From IMG/VR virus record IMGVR_UViG_3300005323_000037, positions 1-51,987 of that record: a stretch of 51,987 nt of DNA. One strand, given 5' to 3'. The translations under genes were made by a program, and so were the position numbers. The notes under the pieces are model-generated. The model ran no database searches. It was not told the DNA's origin and saw only the letters and a program-made list of their open reading frames with translations. This document shows, piece by piece, positions 26,738 through 36,004 of this stretch. This stretch comes from a virus. Taxonomy: Duplodnaviria; Heunggongvirae; Uroviricota; Caudoviricetes. The number at the start of each line of letters is the position of its first letter. Position 1 is the first letter of the stretch.

Positions 26738-27572
26738 ACATTCCGTCCCTTATTGAGCCCATCTGCTCCAATAATCTATCAGCCGCTTTTCCATCAATCT
26801 GCTTAGTCATACTATAATCAATCTCATATGGCCTGCTAACAAACTCGGCCATCTTCTCAGGAGTCTCTGGCAAGCCAACAATTGGGTAGGCTCTTGCTAA
26901 TCCTAACGCTTGCATGCTTCTGGCATATACCAAATGATATCCGCTCGGGCTAAACAGGTACATCGGCTTACCTAGAGCAGCGGCCTCCCAAGCTGTTACG
27001 CCCATATAGGTGCATACATTGCGGCAGGCGCGCATAATCTTGTACGTATCGAAGCCCCCATTGCCCGTGCTGCCATCAATGATATACATTGTTGCATTAG
27101 GTAATGCTCGGCCAAGCAACCCAGCTATATCAAATGTGGTCGGTGCACTATTATATACATACCAGTCTGCGCCAGTAAATTCAGAGATCGAGCTATTGAT
27201 AAAGTGCTGCCTAACCAGCGCCTTAGATGGATGGTCAATCACCCAAGGTAGATCGGCATATGTTTCATCTATATCAGCGCCTAGAATGCAAACCTTTACA
27301 CTATGGTACTTGTGTAGATGATTAGTAATCGCTTTTCGATTAGTTGGCACATCTAGAATCACCCAATCAAATGCTGTATGCTCTAGAATCACATCGGCCA
27401 CATTGATATTGAATGAGGGCGGAATGATGTATGTATCAACCGCTATATCTACATTGCTGACAACCTTGACATAATGACCAGCAGCGCGTGCCGCGCGGAC
27501 TACTTCTAGTGAGCGATACATGTGACCGTTGCCATAGTATTTTCCCGCCATGAACCAGACTAATATATTCAT
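26730..27572 (-). CDS. PseG/SpsG-like UDP-sugar hydrolase (GT-B fold)
   Basis: AGKYYGNGHMYRSLE, DWVILD, MGVTAWEAAALGKP, IDGKAADR. Confidence 0.75.
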   Translation of the reverse strand: MNILVWFMAGKYYGNGHMYRSLEVVRAARAAGHYVKVVSNVDIAVDTYIIPPSFNINVADVILEHTAFDWVILDVPTNRKAITNHLHKYHSVKVCILGADIDETYADLPWVIDHPSKALVRQHFINSSISEFTGADWYVYNSAPTTFDIAGLLGRALPNATMYIIDGSTGNGGFDTYKIMRACRNVCTYMGVTAWEAAALGKPMYLFSPSGYHLVYARSMQALGLARAYPIVGLPETPEKMAEFVSRPYEIDYSMTKQIDGKAADRLLEQMGSIRDGMYV

Positions 27573-27585
27573 TGTTCATTCCTGT

Positions 27586-28470
27586 CTAAGTATAGCTAAT
27601 GGTAGATGCCGCTTTAGCTACAACAAATAAGCCGCGGCCCCAGTTGAGCTTGCTATTTAGTAGCCTGTATAGCTTGAACGCTTTGATGCCCATGCGCTTT
27701 TCAAATTGTAGTCTGAGCATGTGACATTTATAGCCGACTTCCGAATTGTTGATATAGTCAAAGCCCATCAAGCCGAATAGCTCCATTGGAAAGGTAGCTG
27801 ATATTGATACTACATTCATATCTGCTTTATGTAGAACAGTTTGAATGGACTGCTTTGAGAAATAATTCACATGTGGAACCTGTGCATAAAATGCACCGAA
27901 CCGCTTGCTAAGCAGGTTTTGTAATGGATTGAATTCATTGGGAATGCAGAGCAGTAAACTAGCCGCTTTATTATAGCCGCAATAGTAACGAATAAAATCA
28001 ACTGGGTCAGCTATATGTTCTAGCACATATGCCATTCTTAGCGAAGTATAATTATTGTGCACCGCGCTGCTATTTGTACTAAACGCGCAAAGCATACTGT
28101 TGACAGCTACTTCTCTAGCTTTGTCCGATGGTTCGATACCGCACGAGCTAAAGTAACCTGGCCTACTAGAATTCCAGTGATGCATGAACCAGCCGTAGCC
28201 ACAACCGATATCTAGCAACTGATTGCGATAGCCATTTCTTAGCAAATTGATCTGCCAATTATAGCACGCGTCCCACAATCCTAGATTGTGCTCTAGCACC
28301 TTCTCCTGATACCACTTATCGTTAGCGTATTCAACATAGAATTTATCATCAGCGCTATAGAATTGATCCAGCCCGCTCGGCATCGGATATTGATGCGCGT
28401 ACCCGCATGTCTTGCAGTCAATTATTGTCATGCTACCAGTCTGTGCTATTGTCGCTCCATAGCAATTCAT
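27586..28470 (-). CDS. class I SAM-dependent methyltransferase with N-terminal Zn ribbon
   Basis: CKTCG, LLDIGCGYG, GIEPS, VLEHIADP, IPNEFN, HVNYFS. Confidence 0.88.
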   Translation of the reverse strand: MNCYGATIAQTGSMTIIDCKTCGYAHQYPMPSGLDQFYSADDKFYVEYANDKWYQEKVLEHNLGLWDACYNWQINLLRNGYRNQLLDIGCGYGWFMHHWNSSRPGYFSSCGIEPSDKAREVAVNSMLCAFSTNSSAVHNNYTSLRMAYVLEHIADPVDFIRYYCGYNKAASLLLCIPNEFNPLQNLLSKRFGAFYAQVPHVNYFSKQSIQTVLHKADMNVVSISATFPMELFGLMGFDYINNSEVGYKCHMLRLQFEKRMGIKAFKLYRLLNSKLNWGRGLFVVAKAASTISYT

Positions 28471-29288
28471 ATACCCGCCCAATAATTATTGATAGCCCAT
28501 AATACTTGCTGCGTCTTATATGCGTCCATAAGATTAGGGTAATGCACCCCATTCAAGAATGTCTTCCACATCGAATGAAACATGCTATCATCAGGAGTAA
28601 GCTGATACTCTTGCGAACCATTCTCGTACACAATCTCAAGATATGTATTGCGCTCTATAGTGTGCCCCATTTCGGCATACTCAAGGATGCTAAACTGGCA
28701 TTCATTATCAGTAATACCTTTGATGCGATACGCGTCATGATCGTCTTCTATCTTTTCATGCACAGCGGATGTAATCCAGTTTATACCACCTGACAAACAA
28801 TTGATTGTATCCACATCATGGCTGACGTGATCGAGTAGCACTCCCCAAACTGGTAAGTCGGGTCGATAATGGCGAGCATGGATATTGTATGCTACCACCT
28901 TACCATACTTCTCAGTATCCACATCCGCCATGGCATGAATGATTGCTGGATGATAGCGCCAATTATATGCTATCATTATCTGGGCTTCATCAGCCATATC
29001 TGCTAAGCTCTTTGCGGTAGCGCTGCTACTAAGATCGCATAAAGGCTTCTCGCATATAGCGGGCATATCCATGCGAATAGCTTTTTGGATGTATTTCAAA
29101 TGACTATCGGGTGGCGTAGCAATTACCATGCAGTCAAATAGCGTATCTGAGTATAGGGCATCCTCTAGGCAGGTATAATCAGCTGCTAGATTAGGGTCAA
29201 CTGTATAGACCTTCAGCCCATAATGAGTAGCATATTTAGCATGACGTTTGCCGGCACGGCCATTGCCAATGATGAGACATGTATCCAA
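28467..29288 (-). CDS. Gfo/Idh/MocA oxidoreductase
   Basis: IIGNGRAGKRH, IATPPDSH, ICEKPL, AYNWRYHP, SHDVD. Confidence 0.88.
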   Translation of the reverse strand: MDTCLIIGNGRAGKRHAKYATHYGLKVYTVDPNLAADYTCLEDALYSDTLFDCMVIATPPDSHLKYIQKAIRMDMPAICEKPLCDLSSSATAKSLADMADEAQIMIAYNWRYHPAIIHAMADVDTEKYGKVVAYNIHARHYRPDLPVWGVLLDHVSHDVDTINCLSGGINWITSAVHEKIEDDHDAYRIKGITDNECQFSILEYAEMGHTIERNTYLEIVYENGSQEYQLTPDDSMFHSMWKTFLNGVHYPNLMDAYKTQQVLWAINNYWAGI

Positions 29289-29290
29289 TA

Positions 29291-29536
29291 TTAGTATCCC
29301 CTCAGTCGTCTTATCATGCGAAGATGGTGCTTGCGGATGCCGCGATATTTCTTATGCTTAGACTTTCCATCAAACTGCGCAGTCGTTAGAGTAACTGTAG
29401 GCTCAGTATAGAGCGGGTCAACAATCTGATAGATGTGTGGATCGGGATCGAGATAGTCAGGAATATCGACAAGCTGATAAGAGTAACCACTTGTGTTGCT
29501 AATATCTCTGACCATTTTGAGCTCTTGCATAATCAC
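29291..29536 (-). CDS. hypothetical protein
   Basis: Overlap-coupled. Confidence 0.5.
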   Translation of the reverse strand: MIMQELKMVRDISNTSGYSYQLVDIPDYLDPDPHIYQIVDPLYTEPTVTLTTAQFDGKSKHKKYRGIRKHHLRMIRRLRGY

Positions 29537-30003
29537 ACTCTGTAATCTCGGAACAGCGCCATATTCACATACCCCTGCATAGGATCGTATTGTACGGTAG
29601 CGGGCGCGACGTTTATACCAGTTATGCGAAGAGCAATATGAGCATGTGGCCCTGTACTATTACCAGTATTACCACTTAGTCCAATTACTTGACCTCGTAC
29701 CACTGTATCATTGAGATTGACTAACATCTGACTAAGATGGGCATAGATAGTATTGTAGCCATCATCTCCTACGCGAATGTATAATCCATAACCACCATTG
29801 AACTTGATAGGATCATCCAGTTTGGCAGTGATAATTATACCATCGTGCATAGCAAGAATAGGTGTGCCAACAATGCAGGAGTAGTCGATTCCCTGATGAT
29901 AGGGATAGCCCAGCTTTTTGTATATTTGTGGATTTTGTCCATACCATTGTGTGGGAATTCCTACTCCACTAGCAAATGGTCTACTTAGGGATATCGCCTT
30001 CAC
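29533..30003 (-). CDS. M23 family peptidase
   Basis: HQGIDY, YAHLS, SGNTGNSTGPHAH. Confidence 0.9.
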   Translation of the reverse strand: MKAISLSRPFASGVGIPTQWYGQNPQIYKKLGYPYHQGIDYSCIVGTPILAMHDGIIITAKLDDPIKFNGGYGLYIRVGDDGYNTIYAHLSQMLVNLNDTVVRGQVIGLSGNTGNSTGPHAHIALRITGINVAPATVQYDPMQGYVNMALFRDYRV

Positions 30004-30268
30004 GCGCTTTCCTCCAGTTTATAATCTCTGTTTCAAACTTGATATTTACATGTACGTTCATTTCATTATCAGCTTCATATAATGCTTTAGCATGATAACG
30101 AATATAATTGTTCTCAGCATCGATTGCGTCCATATGCGCCCATCCTAATGTGCCGTTATATCTACCATCGAGAAGCTCCTCAGCTAGCTTCTGTCCTATC
30201 TCTCTGAATGCATCTTTATAATTTATATTGTACAGTTCCTCGTCGCTGATATTAGATAGATTAGACAT
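29981..30268 (-). CDS. hypothetical protein
   Basis: Start moved to ATG 30268 (GAGGA SD). Confidence 0.55.
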   Translation of the reverse strand: MSNLSNISDEELYNINYKDAFREIGQKLAEELLDGRYNGTLGWAHMDAIDAENNYIRYHAKALYEADNEMNVHVNIKFETEIINWRKAREGDIPK

Positions 30269-30278
30269 TGTATTTCCT

Positions 30279-31049
30279 CTATGCCATAGTCGAACAAATA
30301 CCAATGCATTCAGTTTCTACATCGTCTTCATCATAGTATGATGACAACTCTCCCCTTTCTATTCTACCTCTAAATTCTTCTAGGGTTTCATCTTTAAAGA
30401 AATGAACGTCCTTTCCAAGCCACTCTCTAACCTCGCGCTCAACACGTTCTCTGTCTGCGTATACGTCAGGAAGTTTATCATAAAGTAGTTTCCATTGTTT
30501 TTTGCCGGCCCTAACACACCCTCCCGAGCAATTATTATGAGTAAAACCAAGTTTGTATAGTATTGGCTCTTCGATTTTTGCTTGAACTAGAAAATCGTTT
30601 ACTTGCTTTTTTGTCGTACCATTATCAATTAATGGAAACAGCAGCTTTACTGACTTTCTCGTTCTTGTTGATACCTCCTGATAAACACTAATCAATCTAA
30701 TCGCTCTGTGTGCTTCATTTACCCCTATTCCAAATACAATCGTATCCCCGTCTTTATAAAATCTTTGTAAGCGCAATGCCTTTAGTGTGGCCGAGCAGAA
30801 TGGCATTCTATTATTTGCTAATCCAGAACGGTCATAGAATAACTCCTCTGGCGATCTGCCATCGTCGTCGTGGATTGTTTTATGATTAAAGTATATTTCT
30901 AGATCGGCTAGAAATCTGTATAAATCAGGGTGCTCCCAATGGGTATCATTGAAGTACAGAATAACATCTTCTTTTGGATAGTTTTCTAATACCCAATTAG
31001 CACACCATGCCGAAGTCTTGCCGCCGCTTAGGGCGACGATTATACTCAT
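30279..31049 (-). CDS. PAPS-reductase-like PP-loop protein (phage type)
   Basis: LSGGKTS, DTHWEHPDLYRF, HNNCSGGCVRAG. Confidence 0.8.
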   Translation of the reverse strand: MSIIVALSGGKTSAWCANWVLENYPKEDVILYFNDTHWEHPDLYRFLADLEIYFNHKTIHDDDGRSPEELFYDRSGLANNRMPFCSATLKALRLQRFYKDGDTIVFGIGVNEAHRAIRLISVYQEVSTRTRKSVKLLFPLIDNGTTKKQVNDFLVQAKIEEPILYKLGFTHNNCSGGCVRAGKKQWKLLYDKLPDVYADRERVEREVREWLGKDVHFFKDETLEEFRGRIERGELSSYYDEDDVETECIGICSTMA

Positions 31050-31057
31050 GAGCGCTC

Positions 31058-32305
31058 CTATCTATTAGTAAATAGCCTTCTCGGCAGCCCGTCTTCGCCA
31101 CCTAACGCAGCTAATATTGCTTCGTCATTCATCTCTGCTAGCTTGTTATTTACATCGAACGCCGCTTTTACAGTGTGGTCCACTGCAACTTTATTGTGCG
31201 CCGCACTAGGCACATTCGGTCGATTGATTAGCACGCCATGTTCTTCCATGCCGCGGATAAATCCAGCGCGTCTAATCTCATTCTTGAATTGTAGCACAGA
31301 ACGCGGCGCATGGCCAATTACATCACAGCCAACTGTGCGCAGTCCACTAATTAGCATATCGCCAACTTTATACAACTCATCAATGCGCTTCTGTGTCCAG
31401 TGATCGAGAATATAATCACAAGCGGCTAAGCTGATAGAATCGCCTGCATTAGTTGAAGATACAAATACGGGATCATTCCTAGCAAACCAGCTCATGAATT
31501 CTTTAGGCGCAACTGTAGCAGCGATTGGATAGCCATTACCGAGTGATTTGCCCATACAGATAATATCAGGCTGAATATTGTATTTCTCGCACGCGCCACC
31601 CATACTATACCTGAGTCCGGTAACTACCTCATCTACAATCATCAGGCAGTTATTGCGGTTGCAGAATTCACGTAGCTCGCCGTAGTAATTGATTGGTAGC
31701 TCGTCTATGCCATGCTCGAAGATTACGGCAGCTAGCGCATTCTTACCATCCCATTGATCGAGGCTACTCATATCGCCTAGTACAAATGGGTGCATATGCA
31801 TGCCGACTTCTTTGGGGATGCCATGGGCTGGAGGGGTTAGAATCACAAACTGGTCAGCTTGTCCGTGGTACCCGCTTGAGCAAACTGCATTTTTACCAGT
31901 AATAGCACGACTGAGCCTAATAGCTACATTACATGCATCACTACCACTCTTTACCCAGCGCGTCTGTAGATCAGTATTACTCCAGCCAGGCACATGCCAA
32001 TTCAGTATCTGATTCAGCTTACTTGCTACCGTATACTCAAGATAGTATGGCAACGAGAAGCCATTACCTTTTTCTACATGCATGATGATATGGCTAGTAA
32101 AGGCTGTCTTCTCAGCATCCTGTCCCCAGCCGAGCAAGCATGCGCCTAGCCCGCCTACCCAGTCAATGTACCATGAGCCATTGCTGCCACGTACAGAGTA
32201 GCCGCTGCCTTCTACAATGTATTTGATAGGGAAGTTCTTGCCGCCCCAGAATGTAGAATCCTTGCTGAATGTGCCCGCAATTGGTACGCTATCGAATATA
32301 CTCAA
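31058..32305 (-). CDS. class III PLP aminotransferase (GSA-aminomutase-like)
   Basis: IDWVGGLG, KSGSDA, GYHG, DEVVTG, GKSLGNGYP (PLP lysine). Confidence 0.88.
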   Translation of the reverse strand: MSIFDSVPIAGTFSKDSTFWGGKNFPIKYIVEGSGYSVRGSNGSWYIDWVGGLGACLLGWGQDAEKTAFTSHIIMHVEKGNGFSLPYYLEYTVASKLNQILNWHVPGWSNTDLQTRWVKSGSDACNVAIRLSRAITGKNAVCSSGYHGQADQFVILTPPAHGIPKEVGMHMHPFVLGDMSSLDQWDGKNALAAVIFEHGIDELPINYYGELREFCNRNNCLMIVDEVVTGLRYSMGGACEKYNIQPDIICMGKSLGNGYPIAATVAPKEFMSWFARNDPVFVSSTNAGDSISLAACDYILDHWTQKRIDELYKVGDMLISGLRTVGCDVIGHAPRSVLQFKNEIRRAGFIRGMEEHGVLINRPNVPSAAHNKVAVDHTVKAAFDVNNKLAEMNDEAILAALGGEDGLPRRLFTNR

Positions 32306-32457
32306 CGTTTCTTCTCCTTTAGTGATCGCATTTTCTACGGCTCATTACTTCGATATGAAAATAATATTCATGAGTGTGCATATCGTAAACCCAGCTAGGT
32401 AGCTCGCATAAGCAGAAGCGTTGCCAGAACCAATGATAATTACTGGATGGGCAGCGT

Positions 32458-32763
32458 CTAAAAAGGATTGGAAAACGGTGACCAAGTAACAGTGTCATAA
32501 TCTATACTAGAAGCTCCTTGTTTGGGGGTAAATAAAGCGTCACTGATAACGCGCTGATTATCACCCGTAACTTTCAGCGCACCTGATTCAAGTGCAACCG
32601 TAATTAGATTACGCATATCGGCAGACGTAGAGGCCGATCCCCAAATTGCTATAGCTAAATCTGTACGAGGTCCATACATCTTACGAATTCTATCTAATTC
32701 CGTCAATGCAGAATCATACCCCTCTTGGCTTATAGTGGCATCGTATTCTTTTATAATTGTCAT
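32458..32763 (-). CDS. hypothetical protein
   Basis: ATGA-coupled start at 32763. Confidence 0.6.
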   Translation of the reverse strand: MTIIKEYDATISQEGYDSALTELDRIRKMYGPRTDLAIAIWGSASTSADMRNLITVALESGALKVTGDNQRVISDALFTPKQGASSIDYDTVTWSPFSNPF

Positions 32764-33260
32764 AGTATAGTTACCTTCCATTCTCTGTTACGCACTACAT
32801 TAAGTGATATATTCAGCTTGCCATACTCAATGCTAGTTGTTGGCCCAACTATATCTAATAGCTGGTCAACGTAGAAGCTCCTAAGCTTCATTAGTTCAGT
32901 CTGTGTTACATCATGCTTAGCATCCAGAGTCTTATTATATTTTGTATTAGAAGCGCTCCAAATACTATTGACTAACTCTTTGTCCAATACTGGCTCAAAT
33001 ATGTCTACAATTTGGTCAGCATTCTCGCAGATAAAATCTAGATCATCAATGTTCAATCTATCTGCCAATGGCTGACAAGCACGTGCAAACTCGTCTTCAA
33101 TATCATGCAACGTATTTATTTTTACCACGTCAGCTATATAAGCAACCTTGCCAGTTACTTCAATAATCTGCTTTACTAATTCCTCTACCTTACTATCATA
33201 GTCAGCTACATTGACTATCCTACTGTCCCGGACGCCTTCCATCTTCGCCTCTTCTGCCAT
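32760..33260 (-). CDS. hypothetical protein
   Basis: AGGTGA upstream; in operon. Confidence 0.6.
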   Translation of the reverse strand: MAEEAKMEGVRDSRIVNVADYDSKVEELVKQIIEVTGKVAYIADVVKINTLHDIEDEFARACQPLADRLNIDDLDFICENADQIVDIFEPVLDKELVNSIWSASNTKYNKTLDAKHDVTQTELMKLRSFYVDQLLDIVGPTTSIEYGKLNISLNVVRNREWKVTIL

Positions 33261-34050
33261 ACTTTCTCACCTTCATTTCTAAGCTACTTATATCCTTATG
33301 CGTGCCACAAATATTCTTAGCTGTCTGCAAACTATCAATGTACCTGCTAAAACTACTCACGGTAGTCGATATATCATTGTCTGGATTATCGGGATTATTG
33401 GCTATCTTAACATGCTTTTCGAAATATGTATAGCCTGCTGCGATTGCTAATTGCGCTGGTAAATTATCACCTTTAGTATGATCGCTGTAGCCGATCGCGT
33501 CAACTGCGTATTGTAAGCTCAGTGGCCAGCAGATATTTGCATCTTCAGGCTTGGTTGGATACTCTGCTTTGCACTGCATGAGAATCAATCGTCGTGAATG
33601 TCCAGTCATCTCGATTGCATGATGTACTTCTTCTACAGTGGCTGCGCCAGTAGATAGCATCAGCGGGATACCAATCTTATTGCTTAGTCTGGCTGCCACT
33701 CTAAGCATGTCATCATAAACAATATCGGTAGAGGCAATCTTGATACCTGATAGATACTTAGCGCACTGTTCTAGCTGTTCGATATCAAACACTGATGCCC
33801 ATAGATCAATGTTTTCTCCTTGACAGGCGCGTGCAATACGAGCGATATCTAGATTGGACAACTTGTATGCTTGCATTTTCTGATACGAATCAGGGTCACG
33901 CTCAGCGGAATATAGCTTGTCCAATCCAACCTGTAGCTTCAATGCGTCCGCGCCCGCTCTAGCAATTAGTCTGGCGGCGTAAACAATCTGATTGACGTCT
34001 ATCCAGTTAGTACCTAACTCACCGATAACATAGAAGCCGCGTTCGTTCAA
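33220..34050 (-). CDS. neuB: NeuB/PseI/SpsE-family nonulosonate synthase, no SAF domain
   Basis: VIGELGTN, ADALKLQ, IKIASTDI, LSTGAAT, YPT, GYSDHT, EKHV. Confidence 0.88.
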   Translation of the reverse strand: MNERGFYVIGELGTNWIDVNQIVYAARLIARAGADALKLQVGLDKLYSAERDPDSYQKMQAYKLSNLDIARIARACQGENIDLWASVFDIEQLEQCAKYLSGIKIASTDIVYDDMLRVAARLSNKIGIPLMLSTGAATVEEVHHAIEMTGHSRRLILMQCKAEYPTKPEDANICWPLSLQYAVDAIGYSDHTKGDNLPAQLAIAAGYTYFEKHVKIANNPDNPDNDISTTVSSFSRYIDSLQTAKNICGTHKDISSLEMKVRKYGRRGEDGRRPGQ

Positions 34051-34979
34051 ATAGCACCTCCAAGTTTGGCGATTACTTCTTCTGGCTGCATGCGTGGCGC
34101 TTTATCTGAACGCATATAATCGGGAGTCTCGTCTACTCTCGATCCTTCTTCTGATTCGATTAAGCAGAGATCACTATATCGCTTAGGCAGAATTATGTGC
34201 TCACCTGGCGCTACTAATATCTCATGCTGCTTTTCGCCTGAACCTAGCTCCTGATATTCAATTGGATAATCTGGACCAGCAATGTAGTGCGCTAAGTCAT
34301 TGATTGAGAATGCTTGCAGATTGCCTGGAGCCATTATATAGCCGCCATCGTAGTCATCCATGCAGGCTAAAGCACGCATTACTAAATTGATCGCATCTTC
34401 AACTTTGAGAAAGAATCTAGTAGGGGAAGGCGTGCGCACGATCAGTGGCTGCCCATTCTTGATTGCATCACGCCAGATAGTCAGTACGCTGCCGTTGGAG
34501 CCCATGACATTGCCGTAGCGCAGGGCTGCATAGTTAGAGTATTTAGTATTGTAGCTGCGCCAGATGCGTTCACCGAGAGATTTAGTAGCGCCATAAAAAT
34601 TCAAACTATTCACGCATTTATCAGAGCTAATAAACAGCGCCGTATCCACACCAGCATCCTGACATGCGTGTGCTACAACATCCGTACCTTCAACATTGAC
34701 TCGAATATACTCATTGACTGAGCGCTCACCAGTGTCTACCCGCTTCAATGCAGCAGCATGAATCACTGTATCACAACCTTCGGCTGCCCGATAGATCATT
34801 TTGTAGTTACAGATATCTGTCAGTACGCATCTTACATCTGGATAGCGCTGATGAAACGCTTCCTGTTTATGCGGATCACGTGACACAATTGTGATATCAT
34901 AATCTAGGCGCGTAAAAGCGGCTACTAAAGCATTTCCCAATGTTCCAGTGCCGCCAGTGATTAGAATCTTATTTCTCAT
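34047..34979 (-). CDS. pseB: UDP-GlcNAc 4,6-dehydratase (PseB/CapD family)
   Basis: ITGGTGTLG, HAAALKRV, ISSDK, YGATK, RYGNVMGSNGSV, TRFF, GEKQHE. Confidence 0.88.
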   Translation of the reverse strand: MRNKILITGGTGTLGNALVAAFTRLDYDITIVSRDPHKQEAFHQRYPDVRCVLTDICNYKMIYRAAEGCDTVIHAAALKRVDTGERSVNEYIRVNVEGTDVVAHACQDAGVDTALFISSDKCVNSLNFYGATKSLGERIWRSYNTKYSNYAALRYGNVMGSNGSVLTIWRDAIKNGQPLIVRTPSPTRFFLKVEDAINLVMRALACMDDYDGGYIMAPGNLQAFSINDLAHYIAGPDYPIEYQELGSGEKQHEILVAPGEHIILPKRYSDLCLIESEEGSRVDETPDYMRSDKAPRMQPEEVIAKLGGAI

Positions 34980-35030
34980 ATGCAATGGCTCCCATCCAAG
35001 TTAAGTTTCATTCTATCTATACCATTGCAT

Positions 35031-35059
35031 ATTATATCACATATCTAATAATATGTCAA
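35031..35059 (-). promoter_or_regulatory. sigma70 consensus promoter heading the glycan cluster
   Basis: TTGACA 35059-35054, 17-bp spacer, TGTGA extension, TATAAT 35036-35031. Confidence 0.85.
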
Positions 35060-35090
35060 GTAGGTTGTAAGTGCCACGCTCTATTTTCCG

Positions 35091-35363
35091 CTACTCAAGA
35101 ATCCTATATTTTACACCGCTCTCTTGCGCTGAAGCAATAGAGTCTAGAAAATACATGTGACTAGAAGCGGTTGGGCGCGCCCAGCTAGGATCGTGAAGTA
35201 GCCAGCTACTATGTCGCTTTCTGAGTAAGCTATACTTAGGACAGCGATAGCGAACATGATAGTAGCGTTTACCATTATCAATGTCGTAGAGACGTAATGG
35301 TATGATATCTATATTCAATAGCTCACCACAGTATGTACAGTAGTACTTCTTTAGTTCGAGCAT
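35091..35363 (-). CDS. zinc-ribbon protein
   Basis: YYCTYCG...YRCPK. Confidence 0.65.
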   Translation of the reverse strand: MLELKKYYCTYCGELLNIDIIPLRLYDIDNGKRYYHVRYRCPKYSLLRKRHSSWLLHDPSWARPTASSHMYFLDSIASAQESGVKYRILE

Positions 35364-36004
35364 GTTGCTTCCTTTTTACGATTAGCTATAAACTCTTCTG
35401 CTCGATCATAGAGTTGAAATAAGCATCTAGCTATTCCAACACAGAGTCCAGCATAACCAGCATCGCTGCATTCTTTTGTATCGCCTATAACATAAAATTT
35501 CCAATGTGAGTATACATAATCTTCTTGGTACTGTCTACGCATACACTCGCCTTCGTGCATACTATATTCATATAGTACATTTCGTAACGCGGCGCGCGGA
35601 TTATTCTTATTATCGTATACAATAGCAAACCTAGCAATCTCTGTCATCACGCTGTCCTCGTCGCGATACTCATATGTATCTATTACATACTCGTCGCTAT
35701 AACCGTTGCGAAATAGGTATGCATGCACGTTTGCTAATTCGTTGAGCGCATTATTGATTGCCACGGGAACACTTATCTCATTGTGCGGCCACAGCTTTTC
35801 ATCTTTGAATTTGATAATTGAATCAACGCACGTATGTAATAGCTTTATCGTAGCTGGGCCACAGTACTTATCAATCATCTCATGTAAAAGTATAACTGAA
35901 AATTCAACCATAGCTTCTTCATTACTACCAAACAGATCGGCTATTATTGTAACATTTTTACTTTTCTCGTCCCAAAAGTCATTCGACCTTTCCCTTGTAG
36001 CCAT
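35351..36004 (-). CDS. hypothetical protein
   Basis: 217 aa, TAATG coupling. Confidence 0.7.
   Translation of the reverse strand: MATRERSNDFWDEKSKNVTIIADLFGSNEEAMVEFSVILLHEMIDKYCGPATIKLLHTCVDSIIKFKDEKLWPHNEISVPVAINNALNELANVHAYLFRNGYSDEYVIDTYEYRDEDSVMTEIARFAIVYDNKNNPRAALRNVLYEYSMHEGECMRRQYQEDYVYSHWKFYVIGDTKECSDAGYAGLCVGIARCLFQLYDRAEEFIANRKKEATCSN

Noticed and set aside
30279-31049. Dnd/Ssp phosphorothioation system
   Set aside because: Only a PP-loop protein is present; no cysteine desulfurase, DndD/E or Ssp partners in the window
32319-32498. 59-aa ORF MTLLLGHRFP... on the minus strand
   Set aside because: No SD, 41-nt overlap with the upstream gene, odd composition; possible but unsupported
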